The notes under the pieces were generated by a model, which was given only the letters and a program-made list of their open reading frames with translations, made no database searches and was not told the DNA's origin. This document shows, one piece after another, positions 52,372 to 64,000 of a stretch of DNA of 64,000 bases. The position numbers were made by a program, and so were the translations under genes. Within the stretch, counting starts at the first letter, position 1, and each line of letters opens with the position of its first letter. The stretch lies in assembly GCA_030390025.1 (NCBI GenBank), contig CM059432.1, positions 116,562,001 through 116,626,000 on the forward strand, given 5' to 3'. This DNA is from Squalus acanthias (taxonomy: Eukaryota).

Positions 52372-54924
52372 TGTCCAGCTGGAGGAGGATGATGACTCCT
52401 CAGAGGAGCCTCCAGCCTTTGTGGGTGCACCGTCAGCAGATCCAAGCGCACCCAGCACCATTGCTGCCCGGGAGGCTTGGGATGGCCTCATCATGGCCAG
52501 ATTTACTTAACTTGCTCCAATGCAGCCACATGGATGCCACATGCTGTACTAAGTCCCCCCAACAACACCATAAAGCATCTCTACAATGACCAAGCCATTC
52601 CTCTCACCCAAAGCCCCAATGCTCGAGGTTAAATAATGCCTCACCATTCACTCCAAGTGACAAAGCCTCTTCCAAGGTTTGAGGCAAAAATGGACAAGAC
52701 CCGAAAGTGGTGCAAAGAAAAACATTTGTGTGTGTCATCAAAATAGCTGAAACACAAACATTTTTTCATATACCCAAGTGCATCTACGTTGGTGTCATTT
52801 TTCTTTTCTGAGTGGTTCCACGAGGTGCAATCCGTGTGTCTTCAGCAGAGGCAGTTGTAGGCTGCTCACTTCCCCGCTGCAACACGTCAGATACTTTTGG
52901 CGGACGTCCTCTGGGTTTTGGAGCCTGTGATGGCCCCACCATCACTGTGCAGGGGCAAACTCGGCCATCGGGATCAGAGGAGGCATGTGGGGTTCTGACT
53001 GAGGAGGAAGCAATGGGGGAGAAGTGCGAGCCCTTTGAGAAGAGCCCCCAATTCCATGTCCTCTCTCACTATCATCCCTCTCATGGGCCACCTGCACTTC
53101 CCTGCTCGCAAGGAGCTGGAGAGCACCTTGCTGCACAGCAGTGGGGCAATGAATGCCCAAGTCTATGTTTATATTCCTCCTTGAGAGGAGGTCTATGAGG
53201 GCCTGCCATCTGTTGTCCACAGCTAGCATATGCGCATGTGACGGTGCATTTGCTGCTCCATGCAGGTGGCCATCTTTTCCATGGAACAGCACATCGTCGC
53301 CATCGCCTGCGACACGGTGGTGCTCATGTTGGAGATGGACTCCTCCATTCTCAAAACATTTGCAGACATTGCAGCTGCAAAAGATGCCAGAGCCTCACAC
53401 AATTGTTGCTGCACCTCCAGGATCACCCTCTTTCTTGATAGCCCCCCGAGGCTCAGTGTCTGCATGCAGCTGATCAGAGCTGGGAGCATCCTGCACCCTC
53501 CAGCGAGGAGTCTCCACTGCCGTCCCTGTCTCCACCATCTGCTCTTGCTCACTTGTGACTTGTTAGACACCAGGTGACAACACTACTCTATCTCGCGTAG
53601 GACCCACCGAGGTGTGCGTATCTGCGCTGGTGCTGGTTGCGTTTGGGTCTGCTGACAGTACGCCCTCAGAGGCTGGCGGTTCCTCTGAGGAGTCGTCCTC
53701 CTCTTCCAGCTGGACAGTGGGGTGGAGGGTGCTCTTGATGGACCTGTGGGAGAGTAGAGATAAATTAGAAATGTTATAATAAGAATGGGTAACATTACCA
53801 TTATACACATGATGACATTTCACTGGCTGCTCACATCAGTTATCATATGAGTGACTGCTGTATGCCATGTGGCTGTATGAGATGTGATTCTGTCACCAGA
53901 TTGCTGGGATGCCCTCTCTCTCCGTCTCCCACCACCAGCATCTTTCCAACTCCCGAGATCTCCAGAGCCCCCTCTTCTGCTGCTGTTAGTTGGGTGAAGA
54001 CTGGAGGGCCACCTCCAGTTCTCTGTGTCTCGTGTGTTCTGGGTTTTTTTTTCCTGCAAGGAGGGTAAGAAGAAAAGTTTGAGTGAGAGTGATGAAATGA
54101 GTGTAAGGAATGGATGGGTTACATCTGTAGAGGTGACTATGAGGGAGTGGGGTGGCAATGCCAAGTGGCCTCCTTCTGTGTTGTTACTTGCTATGTTTGC
54201 ATTAGGATGAGGGTGAGTGTGAGGGGTGGCTAGTCAGATAGGAATGTGATAATGTAGATAGAGAGGGATGGGTGGACGTGCAAGGTATGTTGGTCTGAGT
54301 AAGGATGTGCAGGTGTAGGCTTGGGAAGGCAGAGTGATGGGGATGTGGTGACAGGCACATTAGGATGAAGGTGAGTGTGGCATTGCACCCACCTTTCCTG
54401 ACCTCCTGAGATCATTGAAGCATTTGATGCATGGTATCCAGGTCCTCCTGACCACATCCCTGCTGCTGACCTCCTCAGCTATATCCAGCCATGCCCTTTT
54501 GGTCTCTTGTGGAGGTCTCCTTCACTCATCAGCAGGGACGAGGACCTTCCTGCATGCTCTGACTGCCTCCACCAGAGTATGCAGGGATGAGTCTGAAAAG
54601 CGTGGTGCAGCCCTCTGCCTTTGACTATCCATCCTTGCTACTTTATAACTTACACCGGCCTTTGTATGTCAGGTTCCACCCTCCTCTAGCAATCTTCACA
54701 TCAGCTGAGTGCAAGGCTGCTTTAAATGTCGGTGCTGGAAACAAGTCATCGATGACGTCATCAGACTCGCACCATCTAATAGGGCTGGGAAATGCGCATG
54801 AGTCTTTCAATTGGGGCCATTAAGTTAAAGTCGCTCTGAGGAATACACTGCTCAGAACATCGTGTTCCTGACCCGCTACGCGGCCCCATGCACCCGACCC
54901 GACTCAAAGATAAAAATTCCGGCC
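52372..54924. mobile_element. Harbinger element remnant: transposase C-terminus (+), Myb/SANT gene (-), right TIR
   Basis: + strand ...AAREAWDGLIMARFT* (to 52510); TIR aaaaattccggcc (54912-54924) followed by TAA. Confidence 0.75.
52940..54632 (-). pseudogene. Spliced Myb/SANT-like DNA-binding gene of a Harbinger element (disrupted)
   Basis: Exon 1 54632-54393: MDSQRQRAAPRFSD...AWLDIAEEVSS...RTWIPCIKCFNDLRRSGK with one in-frame TGA; GT donor; exon 2 acceptor at 54054 (RTGGGPP motif). Confidence 0.8.
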
Positions 54925-55128
54925 TAAAAGTATGGCCATGTAACTCCTCTCTGAAACCAGCAACCCAGGAGTAAAATAAAGCCTCTTAAGCCTCTACCTG
55001 AGCATGAGCTCACCACTACCTTCTCAAGGGCAATTAGGGATGGGCAATAAATGCTGGCCTTGCCAGCGACGCCCACATCCCAGGAATGAATAACAAAAAA
55101 TGAGGAGGTTGGCTTTGTATCTCATCAA

Positions 55129-55426
55129 GGGCTAAAAATTCAGGGGGTTAGCGCAGGCTGTTATGCCGAATTCGGGGAAAAAAATGGTGGCCCCCGCACT
55201 TCTGCCCGCTAACGGCGTGTCTTGCGGGAGCTGCCATTTTTGGCTGGGCGGCATCGCTGCCGATGTCCGCGCTCGCGAAAACTATGTAGTTTATTTAGAT
55301 CATGTCGCTCACTTGACGTCCAATCTGCCATTTTCAACTTTGCCGCTCCACAGCGGGGTGGGGGGAGGTTTACTGGGTCGCTTGTTACGCTGCAGCACTA
55401 AGACGTTGGGTCGCTTCACCCTGTGC
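55129..55426. mobile_element. Left part of a Harbinger-type MITE truncated by the RTE
   Basis: Starts gggctaaaaatt (same TIR class); CpG-rich; ends at the RTE tail. Confidence 0.45.
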
Positions 55427-58400
55427 TCTTCTTCTTCTTAGGCAGTCCCTCGGAACCGAGGATGACTTGCTTCCACACTAAAAATGAGTTCTCAGGTGAC
55501 TGACGAGTCCAATGCGGGACCTACAGTCTCTGTCACAGGTGGGGCAGACGGTGGTTGAAGGGGCAGGTGGGTGGGGTGCTTGGGTTGACGTGCACTGTTT
55601 GCGCTTGGCTTCCGCTTGCTACCGGCGAAGAGACTCGAGGTGTTCGGCGCCTTCCCGGATGCTTCTCCTCCACTTTGTGCGGTCTTGGGCCAGGGATTCC
55701 CAGGTGTCAGTGGGGATGTTACACTTTTTCAAGGAGGCTTTGAGGGTGTCCTTGAAGCGTTTCCTCTGCCCACCTGGCGCTCTCTTGCCGTGCCGGAGCT
55801 CCGAGTAGAGCGCTTGTTTTGGGAGTCTCGTATCGGGCATGCGGACGATGTGGCCTGTCCATTGGAGCTGATCGAGCGTGGTCAAAGCTTCGATGCTGGG
55901 AATGTTGGCCTGAGCGAGAACACTGACATCGGTGCACCTATCCTGCCAATGGATTTGCAGGATCTTGCGGAGGCAGCGTTGGTGGTACCTCTCCAGTGCT
56001 TTGAGGTGCCTGCTGTACATGGTCCATGTCTCTGAGGCATACAGGAGGGTGGGTATCACTACTGCTCTGTAGACCATGAGCTTGGTGATGGGTTTGAGGT
56101 CCTGGTCTTCAAACACTCTCTTCCTCAGGCGACCGAAGGCTGCACTGGCACACTGAAGGCAGTGTTGGACTTCGTCATCGACGTCTGCCTTTGTTGACAT
56201 TAGGCTCCCGAGGTGTGGAAAGTGGTCCACGTTGTCCAAGGCTTTGTCATGGATTTTGATAATCGGGGAGCAGTACTGTGTAGCAGGGGCAGGTTGGTAG
56301 AGGACCTTTGTCTTACGGATGTTTAGTGTAAGGCCCATGCTCTCGTACGCTTTGGTGAAGGTGTTGACGATGGCTTGGAGTTCAGCCTCAGAGTGTGCGC
56401 AGAAGCAAGCGTCGTCTGCATACTGTAATTCAAAGAGGATGGGACGACCTTGGATCTGGACTGGAGGCGATGGAGGTTGAACAGTTTCCCGTTTGTTCTG
56501 TAGATTAGTCCACTCCAGTGGGGAGCTTACTGAGGGTGAGATGGAGCATTACAGCCAGGAAGATCGAGAAGAGCGTTGGTGCGATGACACAGCCTTGCTT
56601 GACCCCGGTTCGTACGTGAATTGGGTCTGTGGTGGATCTGTTGGTCAGGATCACGGCTTGCATGTCATCATGAAGCAGGCGGAGGATGGTGACAAACTTT
56701 TGAGGGCAGCCGAATTTGAGGACGACACTCCATAATCCTTCATGGTTGACGGTGTCGAAGGCCTTTGTGAGGTCAAAGAAGGCCATGTACAGCGGTTGGT
56801 GATGTTCCCTGCATTTCTCTTGTAGTTGACGCGCAGTGAAGATCATGTCCATTGTGCCCCTTAGTGGGCGGAATCTGCATTGCAACTCTGGGAGGAGCTC
56901 TTCAGCCACTGGGAGAAGGCGATTGAGGAGGATTCTTGCGATGACTTTCCCTGTGGCAGACAGCAGGGAGACTCTTCTGTAATTACCGCAATCGGACTTG
57001 TCACCTTTCTTGAAGATGGTCACGATTACGACGTCTCTGAGATACCCTGGCATGCTGTCCTCCTTCCAAATATGAGAAATGAGTTCATGTATTCGCGTCA
57101 ATAGTGCTTCTCCAACATGTTTTAGCGCCTCGGCGGGGATTCCATTTGCTCCTGAGGCCTTGTTGTTCTTCAGTTGTCGGATGGCCTTTTCAACCTCATG
57201 CCGGGCTGGGGTTGTGCTGAGGTGGTGGCGGGTAGCATGCTGCGGGATAGAGTTGAGGACACTCGCGTCGAAGACAGAGTCTCGGTTAAGGAGATCTTTG
57301 AAGTGTTCCTTCCAGCGGGCACTGACTGCCTCTCTGTCCTTGATGAGTACCTCTCCATGCTTGGCCTGCAGTGGGGTAGGACCTTGGGTGCTTGGGCCGT
57401 AGCTGGTATTGACTGCGCTAAAGAATCCACGCACGTTGTGGTTGTCGGCTAGCTGCTGGATCTCCTGCGCTTTCTCCACCCACCATCTGTTCTTTAGGTC
57501 ATGAGATTTTTGTTGGACCTCGTCCTTCAGGTGTCTGTAGAGCTGCTTTCTTGCTCTCAAGTTGTGTTGCTGTTTCCAGATCAGGAATGCCTTGCACTTG
57601 CGGCTTATTAGCTCCTGGATCTCCTGGTCATTCTCGTCGAACCAGTCTTGGTGTTTCCTGGTCGAGTGACCGAGCGTCTCTTCACAGGTGCTGATTATGC
57701 AGGCCTTGAGTGCAGACCAGGCGCTGTGGACACTCTGTGTCTCTGAATCACTGGGAGTCATCAGGTTGGTTGTGAGGCACAGGCTGAATAGAGCTTACTT
57801 AGCAGGGTCTTTGAGTGCTCCAGCGTTGATTTTCCTGCGGCATTTCTTCTGTTGCCGCTGCTGTTTTGGGGCTACGTTGATGGAGATGACAGAACGGATT
57901 AGGCGGTGGTCTGTCCAGCAGTCGTCAGCTCCTGTCATGGCGCGGGTGATGCGGATGTCCTTGCAGTCCCTCGCTCGGACACTGACATAGTCCAGCAGAT
58001 GCCAGTGCTTGGAGCGAGGTTGCTGCCATGAAGCCTTGTACTTTTCTCTCTGATGGAACAAGGTGTTGGTTATGACAAGGCCATGTTCTAAGCATTTTGT
58101 CAGGAGGAGGGTACCGTTGGAGTTGGCTTTCCCTACCCCCTCTCTGCCGATCACACCTTCCCAGAGGTCTGTGTCCTTTCCAACTCTGGCGTTGAAGTCG
58201 CCAAGAGAAATAAGCTTGTCGCCCGTTGGGACTCAGGGCAGGGATTGTTCACGGCTGAAGCAGAATTCCTCATTGGTCTCGTCTGTGGCTTCCAGTGTCG
58301 GGGCGTACGCACTGATGACCGTAGCGCACTGGTTCCGGGCTAGGGTGAGCCGTAGAGTCATGAGGCGTTCGTTTATTCCACAAGGGGAGTCGCTGAGACG

Positions 58401-58915
58401 CTCAACTAGCTCATTTTTTATGGCGAAGCCTACCCCATGGAGGCGGCGTTCTTCTTCAGGTTTGCCTTTCCAGAAGAAGGTGTAACCACCGCCTTGCTCC
58501 TTGAGCTGGCCTTCCCCTGCCCGCCGGGTCGTGCTTAGGGCGGCGATGTCTATGTCGAAATGTCTGAGCTCCCGGGCAATGATAGCAGTACGGCATTCCG
58601 GTCTGTTGCTGTTGGGGTTGTCCATGAGTGTCCTGACGTTCCAGGTCCCGAACTTCATTTTAAAGGGTGGAAGATGCCTGTGCATGAATTCTTTTAAAGT
58701 GGGGTGGCCGCTGTACACCAGCTAACACACTGGCTTGACAGAGCAAGGTCTTGGTCCAATGCCAAGATGATTGGAGACCAGGCTCTGCTACATCGGCCTA
58801 GCACACACACAAACATACTCCTACTGTCCACCCTCCTTCCAGCAGGTCCTTTCTGCCTGGGTTTCATAGGCTGCAGTGCGGTCCTCCCGACCCCACTGCT
58901 GGTCCACGCTGCGCC
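55427..58915 (-). mobile_element. Near full-length RTE-clade LINE (APE + RT), frameshifted
   Basis: MKFGTWNVRTL, SAYAPT, GDFNA, WTDHRL, KAFDTV, GVKQGC, YADD; (gaa)n tail at 55427. Confidence 0.93.
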
Positions 58916-59075
58916 ACTCCTGGGCCTCGACCTCGCTCCTGGGCTCGTCCTCGCTCCTGGGCCTCGTCCTTGCTCCTGGGTCCTGAACTTACACCTGGGC
59001 CTCGACCTCGCTCCTGGGTCCCGACCTTGCTCCTGCGCCTCGTCCTCATTCCTGGGCCTCGACATCGCTCCTGGG
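58915..59075. repeat. Short tandem repeat, about 19-bp unit (cgctcctgggcctcgacct)
   Basis: About 8 degenerate copies visible directly. Confidence 0.8.
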
Positions 59076-59094
59076 CACCAACTTCGTTATAGTA

Positions 59095-62000
59095 TGTCTC
59101 GTTCCAGTGACTGTGTCCCGCGGTGGGTCTCCTTCTCGTATGTCCCGCGGTGTCTCCTTCCAGTGACTGTGTCCTGCGGTGTCTCCTTCCAGTGAGTGTG
59201 TCCCGCGGTGTCTCCTTCCAGTGACTGTGTCCCGCGGTGGGTCTCCTTCTCGTGTGTCCCGCGGTGTCTCCTTCCAGTGAGTGTGTCCCACGGTGTCTCC
59301 TTCCAGTGAGTGTGTCTCGCGGTGTCTCCTTCCAGTGACTGTGTCCTGCGGTGTCTCCTTCCAGTGAGTGTGTCCCGCGGTGTCTCCTTCCAGTGACTGT
59401 GTCCCGCGGTAGATCTCCTTCTCGTGTGTCCCGCGGTGTCTCCTTCCAGTGAGTGTGTCCCACGGTGTCTCCTTCCAGTGAGTGTGTCCCGCGGTGTCTC
59501 CTTCCAGTGAGTGTGTCCAGCGGTGTCCCCTTCCAGTGAGTGTGTCCGGCGGTGTCTCCTTCCAGTGAGTGTGTCCCACGGGGTCTCCTTCCAGTGAGTG
59601 TGTCCCGCGGTGTCTCCTTCCAGTGAGTGAGTCCCGCGGTGCGTCTCCTTCCAGTGAGTGTGTCCTGCGGTGTCTCCTTCCAGTGAGTGTGTGCCGCGAT
59701 GTCTCCTTCCAGTGAGTGTGTCACGCAGTGTCTCCTTCCAGTGAGTGTGTCCCGCGGTGTCTCCTTCCAGTGAGTGTGTCCCACAGCGTCTCCTTCCAGT
59801 GAGTGTGTCCCGCAGTGTGTCTCCTTCAAGTGAGTGTGTCCCGCGGTGTCTCCTTCCAGTGAGTGTGTCCCGTGGTGTCTCCTTCCAGTGAGAGTGTCCT
59901 GCGGTGTCTCCTTCCAGTGAGTGTGACCCGTGGTGTCACAGGTGAGTGTGTCCCGCGGTGTCTCCTTCCATTGAGTGTGTCCCGCGGTGGATCTCCTTCT
60001 CGTGTGTCCCGCGGTGTCTCCTTCCAGTGAGTGTGTCCCACGGTGTCTCCTTCCAGTGAGTGTGTCCCGCGGTGTCTCCTTCCAGTGAGTGTGTCCAGCG
60101 GTGTCCCCTTCCAGTGAGTGTGTCCCGCGGTGTCTCCTTCCAGTGAGTGTGTCCCACGGGGTCTCCTTCCAGTGAGTGTGTCCCGCGGTGTCTCCTTCCA
60201 GTGAGTGTGTCCCGCGGTGTCTCCTTCCACTGAGTGTGTCCCGCGGTGTGTCTCCTTCCAGTGAGTGTGTCACGCGGTGTCTCCTTCCATTGAGTGTGTC
60301 CCATGGTGTCTCCTTCCAGTGAGTGTGTCCCGCGGTGTCTCCTTCCAGTGAGTGTGTCCCACGGTGTCTCCTTCCAGTGAGTGTGTCCCGCGGTGTCTCC
60401 TTCCAGTGAGTGTGTCCCGCGGTGTCTCCTTCCAGTGAGTGTGTCCCACGGTGTCTCCTTCCAGTGAGTGAGTCCCGCGGTGCGTCTCCTTCCAGTGAGT
60501 GTGTCCCGCGGTGTCTCCTTCCAGTGAGTGTGTGCCACGATGTCTCCTTCCAGTGAGTGTGTCACGCGGTGTCTCCTTCCAGTGAGTGTGTCCCGCGGTG
60601 TCTCCTTCCAGTGAGTGTGTCCCGCGGTGTCTCCAGTGAGTGTGTCCTGCGGTGTCTCCTTCCAGTGAGTGTGTCCCGCGGTGTCTCCAGTGAGTGTGTC
60701 CCGCGGTGTCTCCTTCCTGTGAGTGTGTTCTGCGGTGTCTCCTTCCAGTGAGTGTGTCCCGCGGTGTCTCCTTCCAGTGAGTGTGTCCCGCGGTGTCTCC
60801 TTCCAGTGAGTGTGTCCCGCGGTGTCTCCTTCCAGTGAATGTGTTCCGCGGTGTCTCCTTCCAGTGAGTGTGTCCCGCAGTGTGTCTCCTTCAAGTGAGT
60901 GTGTCCCACGGTGTCTCCTTCCAGTGAGTGTGTCCCGCAGTGTGTCTCCTTCCAGTGAGTGTGTCCCGTGGTGTCTCCTTCCAGTGAGTGTGTCACGCGG
61001 TGTCTCCTTCCAGTGAGTGTGTCCCGCGGTGTGTCTCCTTCCAGTGAGTGTGTCCTGCGGTGTCTCCTTCCAGTGAGTGTGTCCCGTGGTGTCTCCTTCC
61101 AGTGAGTGTGTCCCGTGGTGTCTCCTTCCAGTGAGAGTGTCCTGCGGTGTCTCCTTCCAGTGAGTGTGACCCGCGGTGTCTCCTTCCATTGAGTGTGTCC
61201 CGCGGTGTCTCCTTCCAGTGAGTGTGTCCCGTGGTGTCTCCTTCCAGTGAGAGTGTCCTGCGGTGTCTCCTTCCAGTGAGTGTGACCCGCGGTGTCTCCT
61301 TCCAGTGAGTGTGACCCGCGGTGTCTCCTTCCAGTGAGTGTGTCCCGCGGTGTGTCTCCTTCCAGTGAGTGTGTCCCGCGGTGTCTCCTTCCAGTGAGTG
61401 TGTCCCGCGGTGTCTCCTTCCAGTGAGTGTGTCCCATGATGTCTCCTTCCAGTGAGAGTGTCCTGCGGTGTCTCCTTCCAGTGTGTCCCGCGGTGTCTCC
61501 TTCTAGTGAATGTGTCCCGCGGTGTGTCTCCTTCCAGTGAGTGTGTCCCGCGGTGTCTCCTTCCAGTGAATGTGTCCCGCGGTGTCTCCTTCCAGTGAGT
61601 GTGTCCCGCGGTGTCTCCTTCCAGTGAATGTGTCCCGCGGAGTCTCCTTCCAGTGAGTGTGTCCCGCGGTGTGTCTCCTTCTAGTGAGTGTGTCCCACGG
61701 TGTCTACTCCTAGTGAGTGTGTCCCATGATGTCTCCTTCCAGTGAGTGTGTCCCGCAGTGTGTCTCCTTCCAGTGAGTGTGTCCCACAGTGTCTACTTCC
61801 AGTGAGTGTGTCCCGCGGTGTCTCCTTCCAGTGAGTGTGTCCCGCGGTGTCTCCTTCCAGTGAGTGTGTGCCGCGGTGTCTCCTTCCAGTGAGTGTGTCC
61901 CGTGGTGTCTCCTTCCAGTGCGTGTGTCCCGCGGTGTCTCCTTCCAGTGAGTGTGTCCCGCGGTGTCTCCAGTGAGTGTGTCCCGCGGTGTCTCCTTCCA

Positions 62001-62505
62001 GTGAGTGTGTCCCGTGGTGTCTCCTTCCAGTGCGTGTGTCCCGCGGTGTCTCCTTCCAGTGAGTGTGTCCCGCGGTGTGTCTCCTTCCAGTGAGTGTGTC
62101 CCGTGGTGTGTCTCCTTCCGGTGATTGTGATTCCGCAGTGTCTGCTTCCAGTGAGTGTGTCCCACGGTGTCTCCTTCCAGTGAGTGTGTCACGCGGTGTC
62201 TCCTTCCAGTGAGTGTGTCCCGCGGTGAGTCTCCTTCCAGTGAGTGTGTCCCGCGGTGTCTCCTTCCAGTGATTGTGTCCCGCGGTGTCTCCTTCCAGTG
62301 AGTGTGTCCCGCGGTGAGTCTCCTTCCAGTGAGTGTGTCCCGCGGTGTCTACTTCCAGTGATTGTGTCCCGTGGTGTCTCCTTCCAGTGAGTGTGTCCCA
62401 CGGTGTCTCCTTCCAGTGAGTGTGTCCCGCGGTGTCTCCTCCCTGTGAGTGTGTCCCGCGGTGTCTCCTTCCAGTGAGTGTGTCCCGCGGTGTCTCCTTC
62501 TAGTG
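59095..62505. repeat. Minisatellite, 29-bp unit ccagtgagtgtgtcccgcggtgtctcctt, about 3.4 kb (roughly 115-120 units)
   Basis: Head-to-tail units without spacers; 25- and 31-bp length variants. Confidence 0.97.
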
Positions 62506-62773
62506 ACGTTGAAGCCCTTCGGGCAACAACGGTCTGCTCATTCCTTAATCCTCCTCCTCACAGCGTTACTGCTTCTGTCACTCACAGACACCAACTCAGA
62601 AACTGGCACTGCAGGTAATTGCATAGCATAGAATGTGCAGCACAGAAACAGGCCATTCGGCCCAACAGGTCTCTGCCGGTGTTTATGCTCCACACGAGCT
62701 AATGTAAAGGGTTGTCTAGAGGCAGGATCTGCACAGGGTGAAGCACCGGGCACAAGTGGGCTGCAGCAAGGCC

Positions 62774-63926
62774 TGTGCTACAATGGCAGCTGTGACATCA
62801 CCCATCACACGCAGCATCATGTTTGGGTCAACACGGTCTCTCCTGGAGTTTTCCATCATTTCCAGCTTGGAAATCTTTGGCTCCAAGCTCTGTGCAAAGC
62901 CCCGAGCAATGTTGGAGGCGGACTCCTCCATGCTCCTTGACATTGCCAAAAGGCTCTGTGCTTGGCCTGCCATTGCCATCACCATTCTTCTGAAGGCCGC
63001 CACATCGAAGTCCTCATCTGAGTCATGTGCAGCAGAACTCGTGCGCGAACCTGCCCTCCGGGGAGCTGGCCCCCGAGCTACCCTCTCCCCCTGGCCTTGC
63101 TGCAGCCCACTTGTGCCCGGTGCCTCACCCTGTGCAGATCCTGCCTCTAGACTACCTTTTACATTACCTGCAGTGCCAGTTTCTGAGTTGGTGTCTGTGA
63201 GTGACAGATGCAGTGACGCTGTGAGGAGGGGGATTTGGAATGAGCAGACCGTTGTTGCCCAAAGGGCTTCATCGTCACCCGTTGCCACGGCTTCGGTGAC
63301 TTCCCCTCCAATGATGTCGAGCACTTGCTCCTCCAGTTGGCTCAAGGCCTGTGTGGCAGCTTGCCCCCATCTGTCTGCCGCTGACTCCCTCCGATTATGT
63401 GCGACGTTGGCCTGCAAGAGAAAGAGAAGTGTGTGAGTGAGTGTGGTGCAATGTATTTGGGTGATGTGCCTGCCATAGTTGAATAGCTGTCAGTGTGTGC
63501 AAGGTGTGAGATGTGGGTGTGAGTGTTACAGCAGTGGTAAGGTTGTGAGAGTGAAGTGAAGCTATGATTGTGAGGTGTGAGTGATGATAGGTAGAGATTG
63601 TTGGTAGGTGAGTGATACGAGTGTGGTGCATTGAGAAGTGTGTGAGGCTGGTGGTGTAGATGGTGGGATATGGCATTTGCGGAAGTCTTCACTTGACCTG
63701 CCGTGTGAGGTCATTAAACTTCTTGCAGCATTGGATGGAGGACCTGGGGACCACACTGGTGGCTGTCACATAGTCAGATATCTCCTGCCACAGCCTTCTG
63801 CACGTGTGGCTTCCTGCTGGCTTGAGGGAAGAGGACACCCCGGCTCCCCTTCACAACCACCACCAGTGACTCCAGAGCCACATATGAGAAGCGTCTTGCT
63901 GTCTCCCTGGGCTGAGGCTCAGCCAT
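62774..63926 (-). pseudogene. Second Harbinger-type Myb/SANT gene (disrupted)
   Basis: MAEPQPRETARRFS...LWQEISDYV...RSSIQCCKKFNDLTRQVK (frameshifted), an intron, then exon ANVAHNRRE...LEEQVLDIIG from the acceptor near 63412. Confidence 0.8.
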
Positions 63927-64000
63927 CTCTTTGTAGTTGCTTGTGCTTCCAAGTGGAATGACAATGAAGTGCTGTAGCATCAATGCACCTCTCCTTTAAG

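Noticed and set aside
58820..58915. HDV-like ribozyme at the RTE 5' end
   Set aside because: Found one stem (ccagcag/ctgctgg) but could not place the P1/P3/P1.1 nested pseudoknot.
58864..62401. Long minus-strand ORFs (up to 469 aa) of GHTHWKETPRDTLTGRRHRGTHSLEGDTA repeats
   Set aside because: A by-product of a 29-bp unit that is stop-free on that strand and cycles through all three frames; indels are not frame-preserving.
59095..62505. CRISPR-like array of 29-bp repeats
   Set aside because: Units are contiguous with no unique spacers, there are no cas genes, and the context is eukaryotic.

Overview
Vertebrate nuclear DNA. It is inferred to be from a cartilaginous fish (shark-type Deu-domain SINEs, CR1, L2, Penelope-like and Harbinger repeats). 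The only intact host gene is a complete five-coding-exon microsomal cytochrome b5 gene (CYB5A-like, + strand; CDS 5720-5845, 22511-22639, 36435-36464, 38758-38792, 40860-40941; 133 aa). It has both heme-ligand histidines and a C-terminal membrane anchor. The rest is mostly transposon-derived: nested CR1 LINEs, two RTE copies, a TSD-bounded Penelope-like element with a minimal hammerhead ribozyme, Harbinger remnants (transposase plus two Myb/SANT genes), MITEs, SINEs and a 3.4-kb 29-bp minisatellite. The most unusual object is a 700-bp TA-flanked TIR element in intron 2 (23567-24266) carrying a scrambled, intron-containing fragment of a TNNI3K-like gene (Pack-TIR-type gene capture). Also notable: both Harbinger Myb/SANT genes have an inverted copy of part of their own coding sequence just downstream, and a hairpin-rich MITE with splice signals occurs twice. 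Repeat boundaries without a stated TSD or TIR are approximate, and family names come from motif recognition, not database searches.
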